Origin: Mobula hypostoma
Taxonomy: Eukaryota
Direction of reading: 5' to 3'
DNA: 64,000 bases
Assembly: GCF_963921235.1 (NCBI RefSeq)
Contig: NC_086109.1
Span: 33,668,001 to 33,732,000 of the forward strand
The position numbers and the translations under genes were made by a program. This document shows positions 1 to 11,715 of this stretch, one piece after another (the stretch's first letter is position 1; each line of letters begins with the position of its first letter). The notes under the pieces were generated by a model that was not told the origin of the DNA, searched no databases, and saw only the letters and a list, made by a program, of their open reading frames with translations.

Positions 1-918
1 GCAACAGACCCAACACCAACCCCTGCTAAGACACCACAAGTCGCTGGCAACCACCCAGAAAAGGCCCTGTTTATCCCAACTCTTTGCTCCTGCAAGTCAG
101 TCCGTCTCTATCCATGCTAATATATTTCCTGCAATACCTTAGGCTTTTATCTTGTTCAGTAGCCTCATGATAATCCAAATGAACAACATCTCCTTTATCT
201 ATCCTGCCTGTTAGTTCCTCAAAGAATTCCAAAAGGTTTGTCAGGCAAGATTTCCCCTTAAGTAAACCATGCTGACTTTGGTCTATTTTATCATGTGTTC
301 CCAAGTACCCCACAGCTCACACTTAATAATGGACCCTAACAACTTGCCAACCACTGAAGAAGGCTAACTGACCTATTATATCCCGTCTGTTACCTCCCTC
401 CTTTCTTACGAGTATAGCAACAGTATTCAGTTTGTTCACCATTCCTTTTTTTCCCATTACTACCTCTCCAATGCCATTTTCCAGCACTCCAATGTCCACT
501 GTTGCCTCAAGTTTACACTTTCCATCTCTGAAAGCACGTCTGGCATTGACATTTAGATTATTGTCTCGCTTACCTTCATATTGCATCTTTTCTCTCCTAT
601 TGCTCTTTTAGTTAGCTTCTGTTGGCATGTGCAGCAACCCTATCCCTCAACTTCCCACTAATTTTTCCTATTTTGTATGCCCTCCCTTTTCTTTTTATGC
701 TGCCTTTGACTTCCTTGTCAGCCACGGTTGCCTCATCCTCCCTTCGGACTACTTCCTCATCTTCAGGATGTTCGTATCCTGTGCCTTCTCAGTTGCCCCC
801 AGAAACTCCAGCCATTGCTGCTCTGCTGTCATCCCTGCTAGTGTCCCATTCCAATCAACTTTGGCCAGTTCCTCTCTGATGCTTCTCTCATTCCCTTTAC
901 TCCACTGCAATACTGATA
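1..918 (-). mobile_element. CR1 LINE, decayed ORF2 (EN linker/RT) fragments
   Basis: ORFs 71..313 (QHGLLKGKSCLTNLLEFFEE), 323..586, 749..946 (REELAKVDW) match the CR1 ORF2 motifs seen in the longer copies at 27.6-30.3 and 43.8-46.7 kb. Confidence 0.9.
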
Positions 919-3641
919 CATTGGAGAGGGTGCAGAAGAGGTTCACAGGATGCTCTCTGGATTAGAGGCATGTGCTACTGTATAAGGAGAGGTCGGACAG
1001 ACTTGGGTTGTCTTCTCTGGAGTAACAAAGGCTAAGAAGAGACCTGATAGAGCTAGATAGCTGGTATCTTCCCCCCCACCCCCCCGTCAAAATGTCTAAT
1101 ACACCCTATCCTCGTTATATGTGGGGGATACGTTCCTTGCAGTCGACACATAATGTGAAATCGCATAATGTGAATAATTATTTAAATGGAGAAAATAGGG
1201 ATGCGTTCCAGAGGGCTTCCTAAATATATTTTACCTGTAATTTATTCACATTTTCATACTAATACAACACAAAAGCAGTACCACAAGGCAACATTCATAT
1301 TATTTTTAATCAATTTCAGGTAATATTCAATGTAATAAATCATAGAAAGTTAACATCCTAGGGTGTACAGTACTCACCAACAGTGGCAGGTGTGTACGCT
1401 CCAGGAGATGAGTGGTTGTTGTGGTGTCGGGCAGCTTTACATGGATAAGGTGGATGGTTGTGGTTGTCAGGATCATATCAAGCACATCAAGGGGTGAAGG
1501 AAGACTCACAGAACTCTTAAAACTGCCGGCAGCAGAAGATGACACCGATTTGAAGAAAGTGGTGAGGGTTTTTTGCTTGGCAGCATTTTGTTTTTCAGCA
1601 TAAATTTGCTTGTAGGGAAGAAGGGTTAACGGCAGGGAATGACTGAAATGCTGACTCCGTTCTAAACTTGGGTCCATGTCCATCACCATTTGTGCCAAGT
1701 GTTCCGACTTCCACCATTCTTTCACCGTTGGTAAACTCCCGGGATTTTCAAAATCGTCTGTTACGTGCAGCATCTGCGAGATAGTTCGCCGTAAAAAAAA
1801 GTATGCTTTGAATGTGGATCACACCGGTCGAGTGGTTGAATCAGCGATGTTGTGTTAGGTGGCAGGAAACGCACTGTTATGTTAGGATGAACGCTGTCCA
1901 AATGTTTAGGATGGGCTGGTGCATTGTCAAGCAACAAAAGAACTTTAAAGGCAAGATTCTGTTCCCGGCAGTGGTGTCTCAGAGCTGTTACCTTCAGCTG
2001 ATGCCGCGCTGTTTATAATTTCCAACTTATTTTCAAGTGTTAAAGTGGTTCTCTGCCGCTCGGCTGACGGCCCAGGACATGACATTGGACGCTTAGGAGG
2101 CATAGTTAAATATTTTAAGCACAAAATCACTGCACCGTAGGTAAAAACACAAAAGTTTAAGAACGCAAGATCGCACATCCACACCAATGCGAGAGTGGCG
2201 GGAGTGAGACTGTGAGGCGTGCGCATCTGATTTGTATTGGCGGGAAAGCAGTGCTCCTCACATAACTATGAGTTTTGGACGCATATAAGGAGACGTTGGT
2301 AGAGATAGGTTCCTCGGTCCTTGAGTGGGTGCATACTTGAATGTCGTTTGGAACACATGCGTGAATGTGTTGAGGGAAAGAGAGTGGGGAAGGAGCGGGA
2401 ATTGCTGGGAGGGGGTCATGTGGGTCCGGTAATGGTGGACAAGGTGAGGGGGGGTTGAGGGAAAGAGAGTGGAGAAGGAGCGGGATAGGGATTTGGGATC
2501 AGAGGTAGGCAGCTGGGGAGAAGTGGATTATTGTGAAGGGAGAAATAAAGGGAATGAGGAGATAGTGAGGGGACGGATGGACGAAAACTGAGACAAAGGG
2601 AATAAAAGAATAAGAAATGACAGTGGAGAGAGCTCTGAAAGTGAGGAAGATGAACGAGTTCAGAGAGAAGGTGTTGTCGTAATGAGGTTTAATGAGAAGG
2701 CTCAAGGAAACATGAAGAAAATTAACCCGTTTGTGCTAACAACAAATCTGGCAAATAAGATAGGGAAAATAGTATTTGCATAAGTCCTTAATGATGGCAG
2801 CCTATTGGTAAGGTGTGCGAATCAGGAACAACTTGAGAAAGCACAAGCTAAAAGAGATAGGAAAATGCAAGGTGGAATACACAGGGAGGGTGGGAGCATG
2901 AAATGGCGGTGGTTGTAAAGGAGTGATCACCGGGGTACCAATGAGTATAAATATGGAGGGGATAAGAGGAATATCAAAGAAGGAAAAGTAATGTATGTTC
3001 AAAGACTGAAAACAACAAAGGAGGGAATGAAAAAGGAAAGTGAAACAGTATTGATTGAATTTGAAGAAAAAAGAGTGCCAAGGAAGGTGTTCCTGGGTTT
3101 CATGAGTTACCTAGTAAGGGTGTATGTGCCAAAGCCATTGAGGTGCTATAATTGTCAAAGGTTTGGACACATAGCTAAAATTCGTAAAAAGCAGAGGAGA
3201 TGTGCTTGTCATGGTCTGGATCAGGGTCTCTTTAAATTTACTTTGTTTATGTTACGATCCAGACCGTTGACTCCCTGTTTCCCTTTGGTTCTCTGTTTTC
3301 CCGTGTCCCTCGGCCTTGGTGATCAGAGGCAATTTACGCGCGGCTGAACCGGTAGTTTATAGTCTCCGGCTTTCAGCTGTTCGGCGCGCGAGTGTTTGCA
3401 AAGTCACCAAAGGTACGGCGTGCCAATGTCATCTGGCCGGAGCAAGCTAGTCTCCGGCTGAAGCGAGTGGCAGTAATTCGCCTTTCCTCACTGGAGCAAC
3501 CCTGTCAAGTTACCTCGCCAAAGTGAGCCTGCAAGTTTCCTCACCGAGGTGGGTCCGTCAGTTAACCCACCGGAGGGAATCAAGAACCACTGTCTACTGT
3601 TCCCGGGCCGAGTCGAGAGCTCGCCACTACCCGGAGTCTCC

Positions 3642-4013
3642 AGGTCAAGCCTTGGCTCTGGGGGCATCCAAGTACCGAGTCAAGTCCTGGCCCTGGTGGC
3701 ACCCAAGCTCCGAGTCAAGTCCCGACCCTGGCGGCATCCACGTACCGAGTCAAGTCCTGGCCCTGACGGCATCCAAACTCCGAGTCAAGTCCCGGCCCTG
3801 GTGGCATCCACGTACCGAGTCAAGTCCCGGTCCTAGCAGCATCCAAGTTCTGAGTCAAGTCCCGGCCCTGGCAGCATCCAAGCTCTGAGTCAAGTCCCGG
3901 TCCTGGCAGCATCCAAGTTCTGAGTCAAGTCCTGGCTCTGGTGGCATCCAAGTTCTGAGTCAAGTCCTGGCTCTGGTGGCATCCAAGTTCTGAGTCAATT
4001 CCTGGCCCTGGCG
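3642..4013 (+). repeat. 35-bp minisatellite, ~10.5 copies, inside the LTR
   Basis: GAGTCAAGTCCTGGCCCTGGTGGCATCCAAGTACC; GAGTC recurs at 3677, 3712, 3747, 3782, 3817, 3852, 3887, 3922, 3957, 3992. Confidence 0.95.
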
Positions 4014-4222
4014 GTTTGTGATTCCTGTCCTACCCCCCCGTCTGAATCCCTTCTCTGCCCCTCTCGCCTCTAGCCCTCAACTGCAGCCCCCGCCTGCACT
4101 TCGGTCTAGTTCTATCGCCGGAGCTAGATAGGTACTGTCTGGTGTTCTTTCGTGTTGGTCTTGTCTTGTCCTCGCCTCCGTGGGTAAGTCTGGCCATCTT
4201 GCCATTGTCCCATGGGGGGTCA

Positions 4223-4392
4223 TGAGTCCCGGCCTGTACCCAAGGAGGGGTCCTGGCTCTCTGTTCTGTGTGTGAGTCCCGGCCCTATGTCTTATACCCA
4301 AGGAAGTGTCCCAACTCTCTGTTCTGTGTGTGATTCCCGGCCCTATGTCCTGTACCCAAGGAAGGGTCCCGACTCTGTGTTCTGTGTATGTG
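4223..4392 (+). repeat. 58-bp tandem repeat, ~3 copies, inside the LTR
   Basis: CTCT(C/G)TGTTCTGTGT recurs at 4257, 4315, 4373. Confidence 0.9.
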
Positions 4393-5242
4393 TCCATGGT
4401 TCCATGTACCTGCTCTCCCGAGACCGAGGCTCTGTGTTCCCATGTTCCTCCTCTCCCTAGCCCATGTCATGTCCATGCCTGGTTCTGGGGTCCGAGCCCG
4501 GGGCACGACCCAGGTACTGGGTCCTTGCCCAGTCTCTGGCTTGGAGTCCATACCGTAGCCTCTTCATGTTGCCTGTAGTTCTGGGATCCAATTCCGAGCC
4601 CTAGCCCAGACCCTTGGTCCCAGCCTAGTCGTAGTCCTGAGCCCTTGTCCAGTTCGCTATCCCTGCTTCTGCTTTGCTCTCCTGAATCAAACAATAAACT
4701 CAATTTGCTTAACCTCACAAGATGTGTCTTGCATTTGGGTCCACCCTTGCTCTCAAAGCCCCACCATTGTGACAGTGCTAGATGTGGGGGTGATCATGAA
4801 TATGGAAAGTGTGGAACAGGAGTGCAACTAAAATGCTGCAGTTGTGGAGGTGCTCATAATGTGGCATATAGTGGGTGTGAGGTTATGAGACGCGAGAATA
4901 AAATTCAAGAAATAAGAGTGAAAAGAAATATCACCTATGCAGAGGCTGTAAGAATGTCAAGAGAACAGAGTAATGCTCCTAATGAACAGGGAGCAATAGG
5001 GATGTGAGAGATGCAACAAAGAACAAACGACAGGATTTATGTAGACAAAAAGGCTCTAGTAACATTCATTGCAGGAGTGATTAATAGTACTGCTGAGGTA
5101 AAGTCAAAAAGTGACAAAATTCAGCTGGTGGTCAAAGCAGCAGTGAACCATTTATGGTTAATAGGACTGACATGGGAAGAAGTGAGGGAGAACCTCACTA
5201 ATCAGTCAAGCCAGGAAGTGTCATGGGTGGTTAATACTAAGT

Positions 5243-8200
5243 ATGGTGATTCTTTTGCAATGGAATGCAAGGAGCCAACTGGCCAATAGCCAGGAATTCA
5301 AGCACTTCATTAAGGAAATAGTTGTAAAACTGGATGTAGTGTGAATTCAGGAAACTTGGTTGAAACCAACTTTAGACTTTGTGGTATATGGGTATACAAT
5401 GATAAGGAAAGATAGAAATCTAGGCGGAGGAGGGAGTTGTGCTATGTTAATCAGGCAAGGTATACCATATAGGGTACTGGAGAAAGGAGATGATCAGGAA
5501 TACATAGTGGTGGAAGTGTGGGAGAGAGGGGAGGGAGTGGTTATAATTAACTACTACAATCCATGTAAAAGGTTGGATTTGGACAGCCTATTAAGGATAC
5601 AAGGACAAAACAGACATAAAGTAGTGTGGTGTGCAGATTTCAATGCTCACAGCACAATATGAGGGGGATCCAATTACAGATTCAAATGGAAAGGTAATTG
5701 AAGATTTGATGGAAGAAAGGGGTTTGGTGTGTATGAATGATGGTAGAGGAACAAGGATAAACATAACAACAGGAACTGAGTCAGTACAGTATTAGATATT
5801 ACGTTAGTGTGTAATACCTTGGCTGGTGTTAGTAACTGGGGAGTTTGGACTGCTTCAGCAGTAGGCAGTGATCACTACCCAGTTTTATTTTCAGTGGGTG
5901 AAAGAGTTGAAGTAAGACCAGGTGGTGGAATCCCAAAGTGGGTGTTTGGAAAAGCAGATTGGGTTAAGTTCCAGAAATTGAGTGAAGAAGCATTAACAAA
6001 GATTAACATTTCTGGAAATATAGATGAATTAAACAGTCAGGTGACCTCAGCAATTATTATGGCAGCAGAAGAATCTATACGCAGGAGTAAAAATAGGATG
6101 AATAAAAAACTGGTACCATGGTGGACACAGGAATGTTGTCAGGCTGTGAAAAACAGAAATAGAGCATTCCGGCTAGTTAAAAGAACCCATAATATGCAGC
6201 ATTTGATTCAATATAAGAAGGCACAGGCAGTGGTGAGAAGAACTATACATCAAGCTAAAAGGGAAAGTTGGAGGAGTTTTTGCAACAAAATAGGAAGAAC
6301 AACACCTGTGCGAGAGGTATGGGGAATGATTAAGAGAATGGGGGAGATAGAAGGGAATGGGAATATCCAGTAATGATATCTGAGGAGGAAACAGCAGTCT
6401 CCAGTAGGGATAAGGCTGAGATTGTTGCCAAGTCGTTTGTACAGATACACAGTTCAGAAAATTTATCTGGGGAAGGGAAAGAACAATGAGTCAACACCCA
6501 GGTGTGTTAAACAGGAGGGAAGAAACAGATGATATAATTAATGATCCATTTATGTTGGCAGAAATGGTGAGAGCAATAAAAAGATCGAGACCAAACACCC
6601 CAGGGAAAGATCTGATATGCTATGTTATGCTAAAAAATCTAGGAGAAGGAGCACTCTTGAAGTTGCTGCATTTTTATAACAGAGTGTGGGAGGAGGGAAG
6701 ATTACCAAGTGCATGGAAAGGAGCAGTAGTAATTCCAATAAGGAAACCTGGCAAGGATCCGTCAAAACCCACTAGCTACAGACCAATAGCATTAACATTA
6801 AATATATGTAAGATAAGGGAAAGGATGATAACAGAAAGGTTATCGTATGAACTTGAGAAGAGGGGAATGCTGGCAAGTTATCAGAGTGGTTTTAGAAAGG
6901 GAAGGAATTCCATGGACTCAGTGATAAGGTTAGAAACTGAAATAAGAAAGGCCCAGGCAAATAAAGAGTCAGTAGTCGCAGTGTTTTTTAACATTGAAAA
7001 AATATGATGTGGAAGGAAGGATTGTTAATTAAACTGCACAAGATGGAGGTTGGTGGGAGAGTTTTTAATTGGATTAAAGATTTTTTGTTTGGTAGAAAAA
7101 TTCAAGTTCGGATTGGATCAGAATTATCAAAACAGTACATAGTGGAAAATGGCACACCTCAAGGTATTGTGATTAGCCCGTTACTTTTCATTATTATGAT
7201 CAATGATGTCTTCACAAAAATACCAGTGGATATAGGTAGGTCACTGTTTGCAGATGATGGGGCCTTGTGGAAAAGAGGCAGGAACATGGAGCATATAATC
7301 AGGAAGATACAAGGAGCAACTGATGAAGTGGTGGAGTGGGGTTATGATTGGGGATGTAGATTTTCAGTAGAAAAAACTCACGCTGTATTTTTCACCAGGA
7401 AGAGAATTGAGGTAGGGAAGAAGTTAAGGATGTATGGGGTTGAATTAGAAAGGGTTGGATCATTTAAATTTCTGGGAGTTATATTTGATTCATGATTAAC
7501 ATGGGCAGAACATATCAGGAAAGTTGAGGAGAAATGTAAAAAAGTAATAAATGTGATGAGATGTTTGACTGGTAGGGAATAGGGAGCAAGTTGTTCAGCG
7601 TTGAAGAGAATGTATGTGGCTTTAGTAAGATCTGTGTTGGACTATGGAAATATAATATATGGATCAGCAGTTAGGTCTCTTGTAAGGAAACTGGATGTGA
7701 TTCAGGCTCAGACTTTGAGAGTGTGCAGTGGGGCTTTTAAAACATCATCAGTATCAGCCCTACAGGTAGAAATGGGAGTAATGCCTTTGGAACTAAGAAG
7801 GATGCAACTGATGGCAAACTACTGGGCTAATTTACAGGGGCACAATGATTCTCACCCTGCAAAAGGAGTGTTGCAGGAGTGCTGGGAAAATGGGAGGTTT
7901 CAGAGGGATACGTTTAGTCGAGTAGGGAATGATATTGCTAAAGAATGTGGAGTATTTGATCTAAGGATAAGTCCTTCAGTAGCTTAGCCGGTTGTAGCTC
8001 CATGGAAGATTATATGGCCTGACATAGACTGGCATTTGTTAGAGGTAAAAAGGAAAGGAAAATATAAAACTGATTTGGTAAGTGCATTTAGCTGTCATGT
8101 GATGGAAAAGTATAGTGATTATACTCAGATTTATACGGATGGTGCTAAGGAACCTGAAACAGGAGTGACATGGTTTGGGGTGGCTATACCAGCAAAAGAA

Positions 8201-8971
8201 ATTGGAATCAGCAGAAGACCATCTAATAAGTTAGTGGTGTATACAGTGGAGATGCTGGCAGTGTTGATTGCATTGCAATGGGTGGAGAAAGCTAGACAAG
8301 TCAAAGTGTTGATATGTTCAGATTCATCCTCAGTTCCAGCAAGTTTAAGGTCTTTTCACTCAAACAGTCAGCACGATGTACTTTATGAAGTCCTTCAGTC
8401 AAATTGCAAATCAGAGAGGTCAGGTAAAATTTCTATGGGTTCCAGCACATGTAGGGGTGAAGGGGAATGAGAGGGTGGATGAGTTGGTAAAGAGGGTGTT
8501 AAAGAAAGAAAATATAGAAGTGCACATTTGTATCAGTAAAGCAGAGGTTAAGTGTGTAATCTGGGGAAAAAATCAACCAAATGTGGTAAGAAAGATGGGA
8601 CAGGGAGGGGGAAAGGGAGGCACTTGTATCAAATACGAAAAAGTGTTGCAGGTCCTAGGGTAGGTACTGGGTACAGAAGAGGGGAAACTGTGTGGACTAG
8701 TTTAAGTCTGGGGCACTGTGCATTAAACAAAACATTGAAAATGATAGGGAAACACCAGACAGGATTGTGTGAGGAATGTCAGGAAGAGGAGTCAGTAGAA
8801 CATGTAGTTCTGAGTTGCAGGAAGTATGGGATACAGAGAGAGATGATGAGAATTAACCTAAGGGAATTGGGGGTGCAGGAATTCACATTAAAAGGCTTGC
8901 TGGGCATGGGTGAGAGAGCACAGGTCAGGGTATTTTTAGCTTTCTTAAGGGGTACAGGGTTTTTTTTATAG
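5243..8971 (+). pseudogene. Nimb LINE ORF2 (endonuclease, reverse transcriptase, RNase H), multiple stops and frameshifts
   Basis: ATG at 5243 (MVILLQWNARS); collinear ORF pieces 5360..5662, 5807..6373, 6486..7007, 7004..7495, 7601..7987, 8036..8470, 8376..8663, 8552..8971. Confidence 0.9.
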
Positions 8972-9035
8972 GATATAACGATGAGCAGGAATAGGGTACT
9001 AGGATGACCAAAGATGGGAGGATAAAGTGTAGGTT

Positions 9036-9038
<3 letters not shown>

Positions 9039-9085
<47 letters not shown>

Positions 9086-9099
9086 TGCGTGTGTGTGTG
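9039..9099 (+). repeat. (GT)n microsatellite in the Nimb LINE 3' UTR
   Basis: About 30 GT units with two interruptions. Confidence 0.95.
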
Positions 9100-9879
9100 A
9101 TTGGGTGAAGGGATTTAGAATGTAAGTCTATTACACACTCCAGAGCAGAAGGTGGCAGTAATGCACCATTAAGCTGGGTGCCAACCACTGTAAAACAAGA
9201 CGGAGAAGAAGCTAATAGGTTCCTCACATAACTGTGAATCTGCATTGTCTGAAGACGCATATGACGAGGATAGGGTGTACTGAGAGCATGCATGTGGAGA
9301 GATAAGGAGGATTTTCTTTAGACAGAGGTATCTGTGCAATCCATTGCCAGAGATGGCTCAGAAGCTGAGTCATTAGGCATATTTAAAACAGAGGTTGATA
9401 GGTACTTGATTAATAAGGGGTCAAAGGTTATGGAGAGAAAGCAGGAGAATGGGATTGACGGGAAAATGAAAGACACTGAGACAGGTACACGAAGAGGAAA
9501 TTTTAGAGTGAGATGGGTCAAGTGCAGGCAGCTGGGGCACAGTCAGGTGGGGGTTCAGTGGGGATGAATACAGTTTTGTTTTCTATTCTGACCTACATTG
9601 AAGCCATTTCTCATCATTACATTTTATAAACAACACATTTCACAGCTGAAGTTCAAAGTCAATGTATTTTCCAAGTATGTTAACCATGTTGTATCTAACG
9701 ATTCGTTCTCTTGTAGACATGACAACCCAATGCTCACCCCCTGCCTGGGGTGGGGAATGAGGCCAATTCCAGAGGGGGAGGGTAAGGGAGGTTGGGAGGA
9801 GGAAACAGTCTTTGTAAGGGAGCCCTCACGGAAGGAGAGGGTAAAGGGGAAGTGGGGGGTCTGGGACCTCATAAGGGAG

Positions 9880-10835
9880 CCCTCGCTCCCTCTCCTCCTC
9901 ACTTTCCCCCACCCCATTCCCATTCTCTGTCCCTCCCCCCTCCCCGCACCACTTCCCCCCTCCCAATGCTCCCCTGTCCACTCCTCCCTCTCCCTTCCCA
10001 CTCCCCTCACCTTCCCCTGCCACTCTCCTGCCCTTTCCCTCACCTCAACCCTCCCATTCCCCCAGTCCCTTCCCTATCCCCGTAACTCCCCTCCTTGTCC
10101 TGCTGCTTGCCCCTCCCCTTCACCTCTGCTCCCTCGTCCCTCCCCTCAACCCTCCACGTTCCCCATCACTCCTCCTCCTCACTCACCTTCCCTCTCCTCC
10201 TCCTGCTCATTCCTCTCCCTCTCATCCTTCCTGGTCCTTCTGCCTCCCTCTCCTCCCTCCTCACTCACCCTCCTGCTCCTTCCACCTCCTTTTCCTTCTC
10301 CTTCATCCCCCTGCTCATTTTCCCTCCCATTCTCCTCCCTCCCCTCCCTTAACTGCACCTTCTAGCTTCCCTTCTCCTTGCCCCTCCTCACTCCTCTCCT
10401 CCTCACCTCCTGCTCCTTTCCCCCTTCTCCCTCCCTTCCGTCACCTGTTCCTTCCCCCTCTTCCCTCCCTTCCGTCACCTGCTCCTTCCCCCTTTTCCGT
10501 CCCTTCCATCACCTGCTCCTTCCACCTCCCCTTCCCCTCTGCTCTCCTTCTTACTCCTCTTCCCCTCCCTCTCCCCTCCTACTTCTTGCCCCTCACCATC
10601 CCCAACACCCTCCTTCTCACCCTCCCTCTGCTCCCTTTCCCCTCCCCATCCCTCCTCCCCCATCCCCTCCATCCATCCCTCCAACTGTATGCGTGTTGGC
10701 TGGTGTGTGTGAGAGAGGGTGGCGGGTGGGAATCGGGGCAGAGAGGAGGGTGATGGATCAGAGAGGAGGGAGAAAGGGAGGAGGAGAGGAGGAAGGGGGT
10801 AGCGGGTGGGATGAGGAGAGAGGAAAAGGGGGATG
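9880..10835. repeat. Low-complexity polypyrimidine tract (~800 bp) followed by a polypurine tract
   Basis: C/T-rich + strand 9880-10684, G/A-rich 10700-10835; overlapping Pro/Ser/Leu-rich ORFs are compositional artefacts. Confidence 0.9.
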
Positions 10836-10844
10836 ACTGGGGGA

Positions 10845-11292
10845 ATGGTGAGAACTGGAGGTGTTTATAAAAACATGTGGCCCGTGGATAAGGTGGAAGG
10901 TCATGGTCTGGTCTATGTTTGTCTGCGGACTGCCGGGAATTATCATCAATTTGGAATGATAATTAAACTTGAACATGAACTCTTTTTCCCAGGGTTGGGG
11001 AGTATAAAACCAGACGGCACAGATACAGGATAAGTGGGCAGAGATTTAACAGAGACCTGAGAGGTAACTTCTTTACACAGTGGCCATTAATTACTTGGAA
11101 TGAGCTGTGGAGACAGTTGTTAAGATGGTACCATTGCCACAATTAAGGGACATTTTGATTAATAAAGGAAGGGAGGGGCATGATGGACTATTGTTCAGAC
11201 ATGGACAACTGGGACTAACAGGGACAATGCTGTGGTCTGCATGGTCCAGTTAGACCAAAGGGCCTATTTCCATGCTGTGTTGTTCTATGACG
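10845..11292 (+). mobile_element. Old CR1 3' end with an internal insertion
   Basis: Decayed LFPR...RGNFFTQ...WNEL coding remnants and 3' UTR GGGCCTATTTCCATGCTGTGTTGTTCTATGAC. Confidence 0.7.
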
Positions 11293-11715
11293 CTATTCAA
11301 CCTTTCCCTGTAACACACAGTTTCAAGACCTGGCAACATCCATGTAAATTTTCCCTGCACTCTTTCAAGCTTATAGATCTTTTTACCTTAGGTAGATGAC
11401 CAGAACTGCACACAGAAGTCTACAGTTAGCCTCACCAACATCCCAACGCCTGTGATGCGACCTTTGACATTGTTCCTCGCTCTCCACTCTGCCCCCAATC
11501 TATGCAGTTTATCACATTATCACCCAAATTGTTGACACAGATGACAAACAACAGCAGACCCAGCAATGATCCCACAGCACACCACTAGTCACACGCCTCT
11601 AGTCAGGGAGAAATTTCTTGGTAACTTTTCAAAAAGTTTTAAGATTGGGTCGACGTGACCTACCATGCACAAAGCCATTTTGATTATCCGTAGTCAGGCC
11701 CTGCCTGTCCAATAA

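Larger units (their letters stand above)
3207..4774 (+). mobile_element. Solo LTR or non-autonomous LTR element, Gypsy-type (1568 bp)
   Basis: TGTCA...TGACA termini, 5-bp TSD GTGCT (3202-3206, 4775-4779), AATAAA at ~4693 followed by GCATTTGGGTCC...GTGACA as in fish Gypsy LTR ends; no gag/pol motifs inside. Confidence 0.85.
2700..5240 (+). pseudogene. Nimb LINE ORF1 (gag-like, three zinc knuckles), frameshifted and interrupted by a solo LTR
   Basis: ORFs 2991..3347, 4645..5007 (distal part) and 5011..5289; reading QRRCA|RCGGDHEYGKC is restored when 3207-4779 is removed. 5' boundary approximate. Confidence 0.8.
2316..9214 (+). mobile_element. Near-full-length Nimb/I-clade LINE (ORF1 CCHC knuckles; ORF2 APE-RT-RNase H-Zn finger), inactivated
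   Basis: 11-bp TSD ATAGGTTCCTC at 2305-2315 and 9215-9225; ORF1 PKPLRCYNCQRFGHIAK...RCARCGGDH...CCSCGGAH; ORF2 motifs QWNARS, DFNAHS, GSDHYP, GTPQGIVISP, LFADD, IYTDGAK, CSDS, WVPAHVGVKGNERVD, CEECQEEESVEHV; GAAGAA-type 3' end. Confidence 0.9.
1102..9277 (-). mobile_element. Tigger/pogo DNA transposon, internally deleted (~1.27 kb without nested inserts)
   Basis: TIR CACCCTATCCTCGTTATATG (1102-1121) vs 9258-9277 (19/20 match), TA at 1100-1101 and 9278-9279; N-terminal HTH start MPPKRPMSCPGPSAERQRTTLTLENKLEII (ORF 1945..2226) and C-terminal DPSLERSQHF...PYKQIYAEKQNAAKQKTLTTFF (ORF 1327..1773); no DDE domain visible. Confidence 0.9.
919..9470 (+). mobile_element. CR1 3' fragment split by the Tigger insertion (pieces 919-1101 and 9278-9470)
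   Basis: LERVQKRFT at ~920; AATGTCTAATA (ending 1101) continues as CTGAGAGCATG after 9279; ORF 9334..9567 has AESLGIFKTEVDRYL, the CR1 ORF2 C-terminus. Confidence 0.75.

Noticed and set aside
1327..2226. Possible domesticated Tigger (TIGD-like) gene
   Set aside because: TIRs and TA duplication are retained, the DDE core is missing and frames are broken.
3642..4013. 35-bp periodic array resembling a CRISPR repeat; ORFs 3523..3888 and 3549..3836
   Set aside because: Units are head-to-tail with no unique spacers, no cas genes, and lie in an LTR; the ORFs just cycle through three frames of the repeat.
9598..10836. Long Pro/Ser/Leu-rich ORFs (255 aa, 152 aa)
   Set aside because: Stop codons are rare in C/T-only sequence; no domain or splice support.
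9752..10847. GGGGAATG on both sides of the low-complexity island as a possible TSD
   Set aside because: Short, G-rich and expected by chance in this composition; the flanks do not obviously rejoin into one element.
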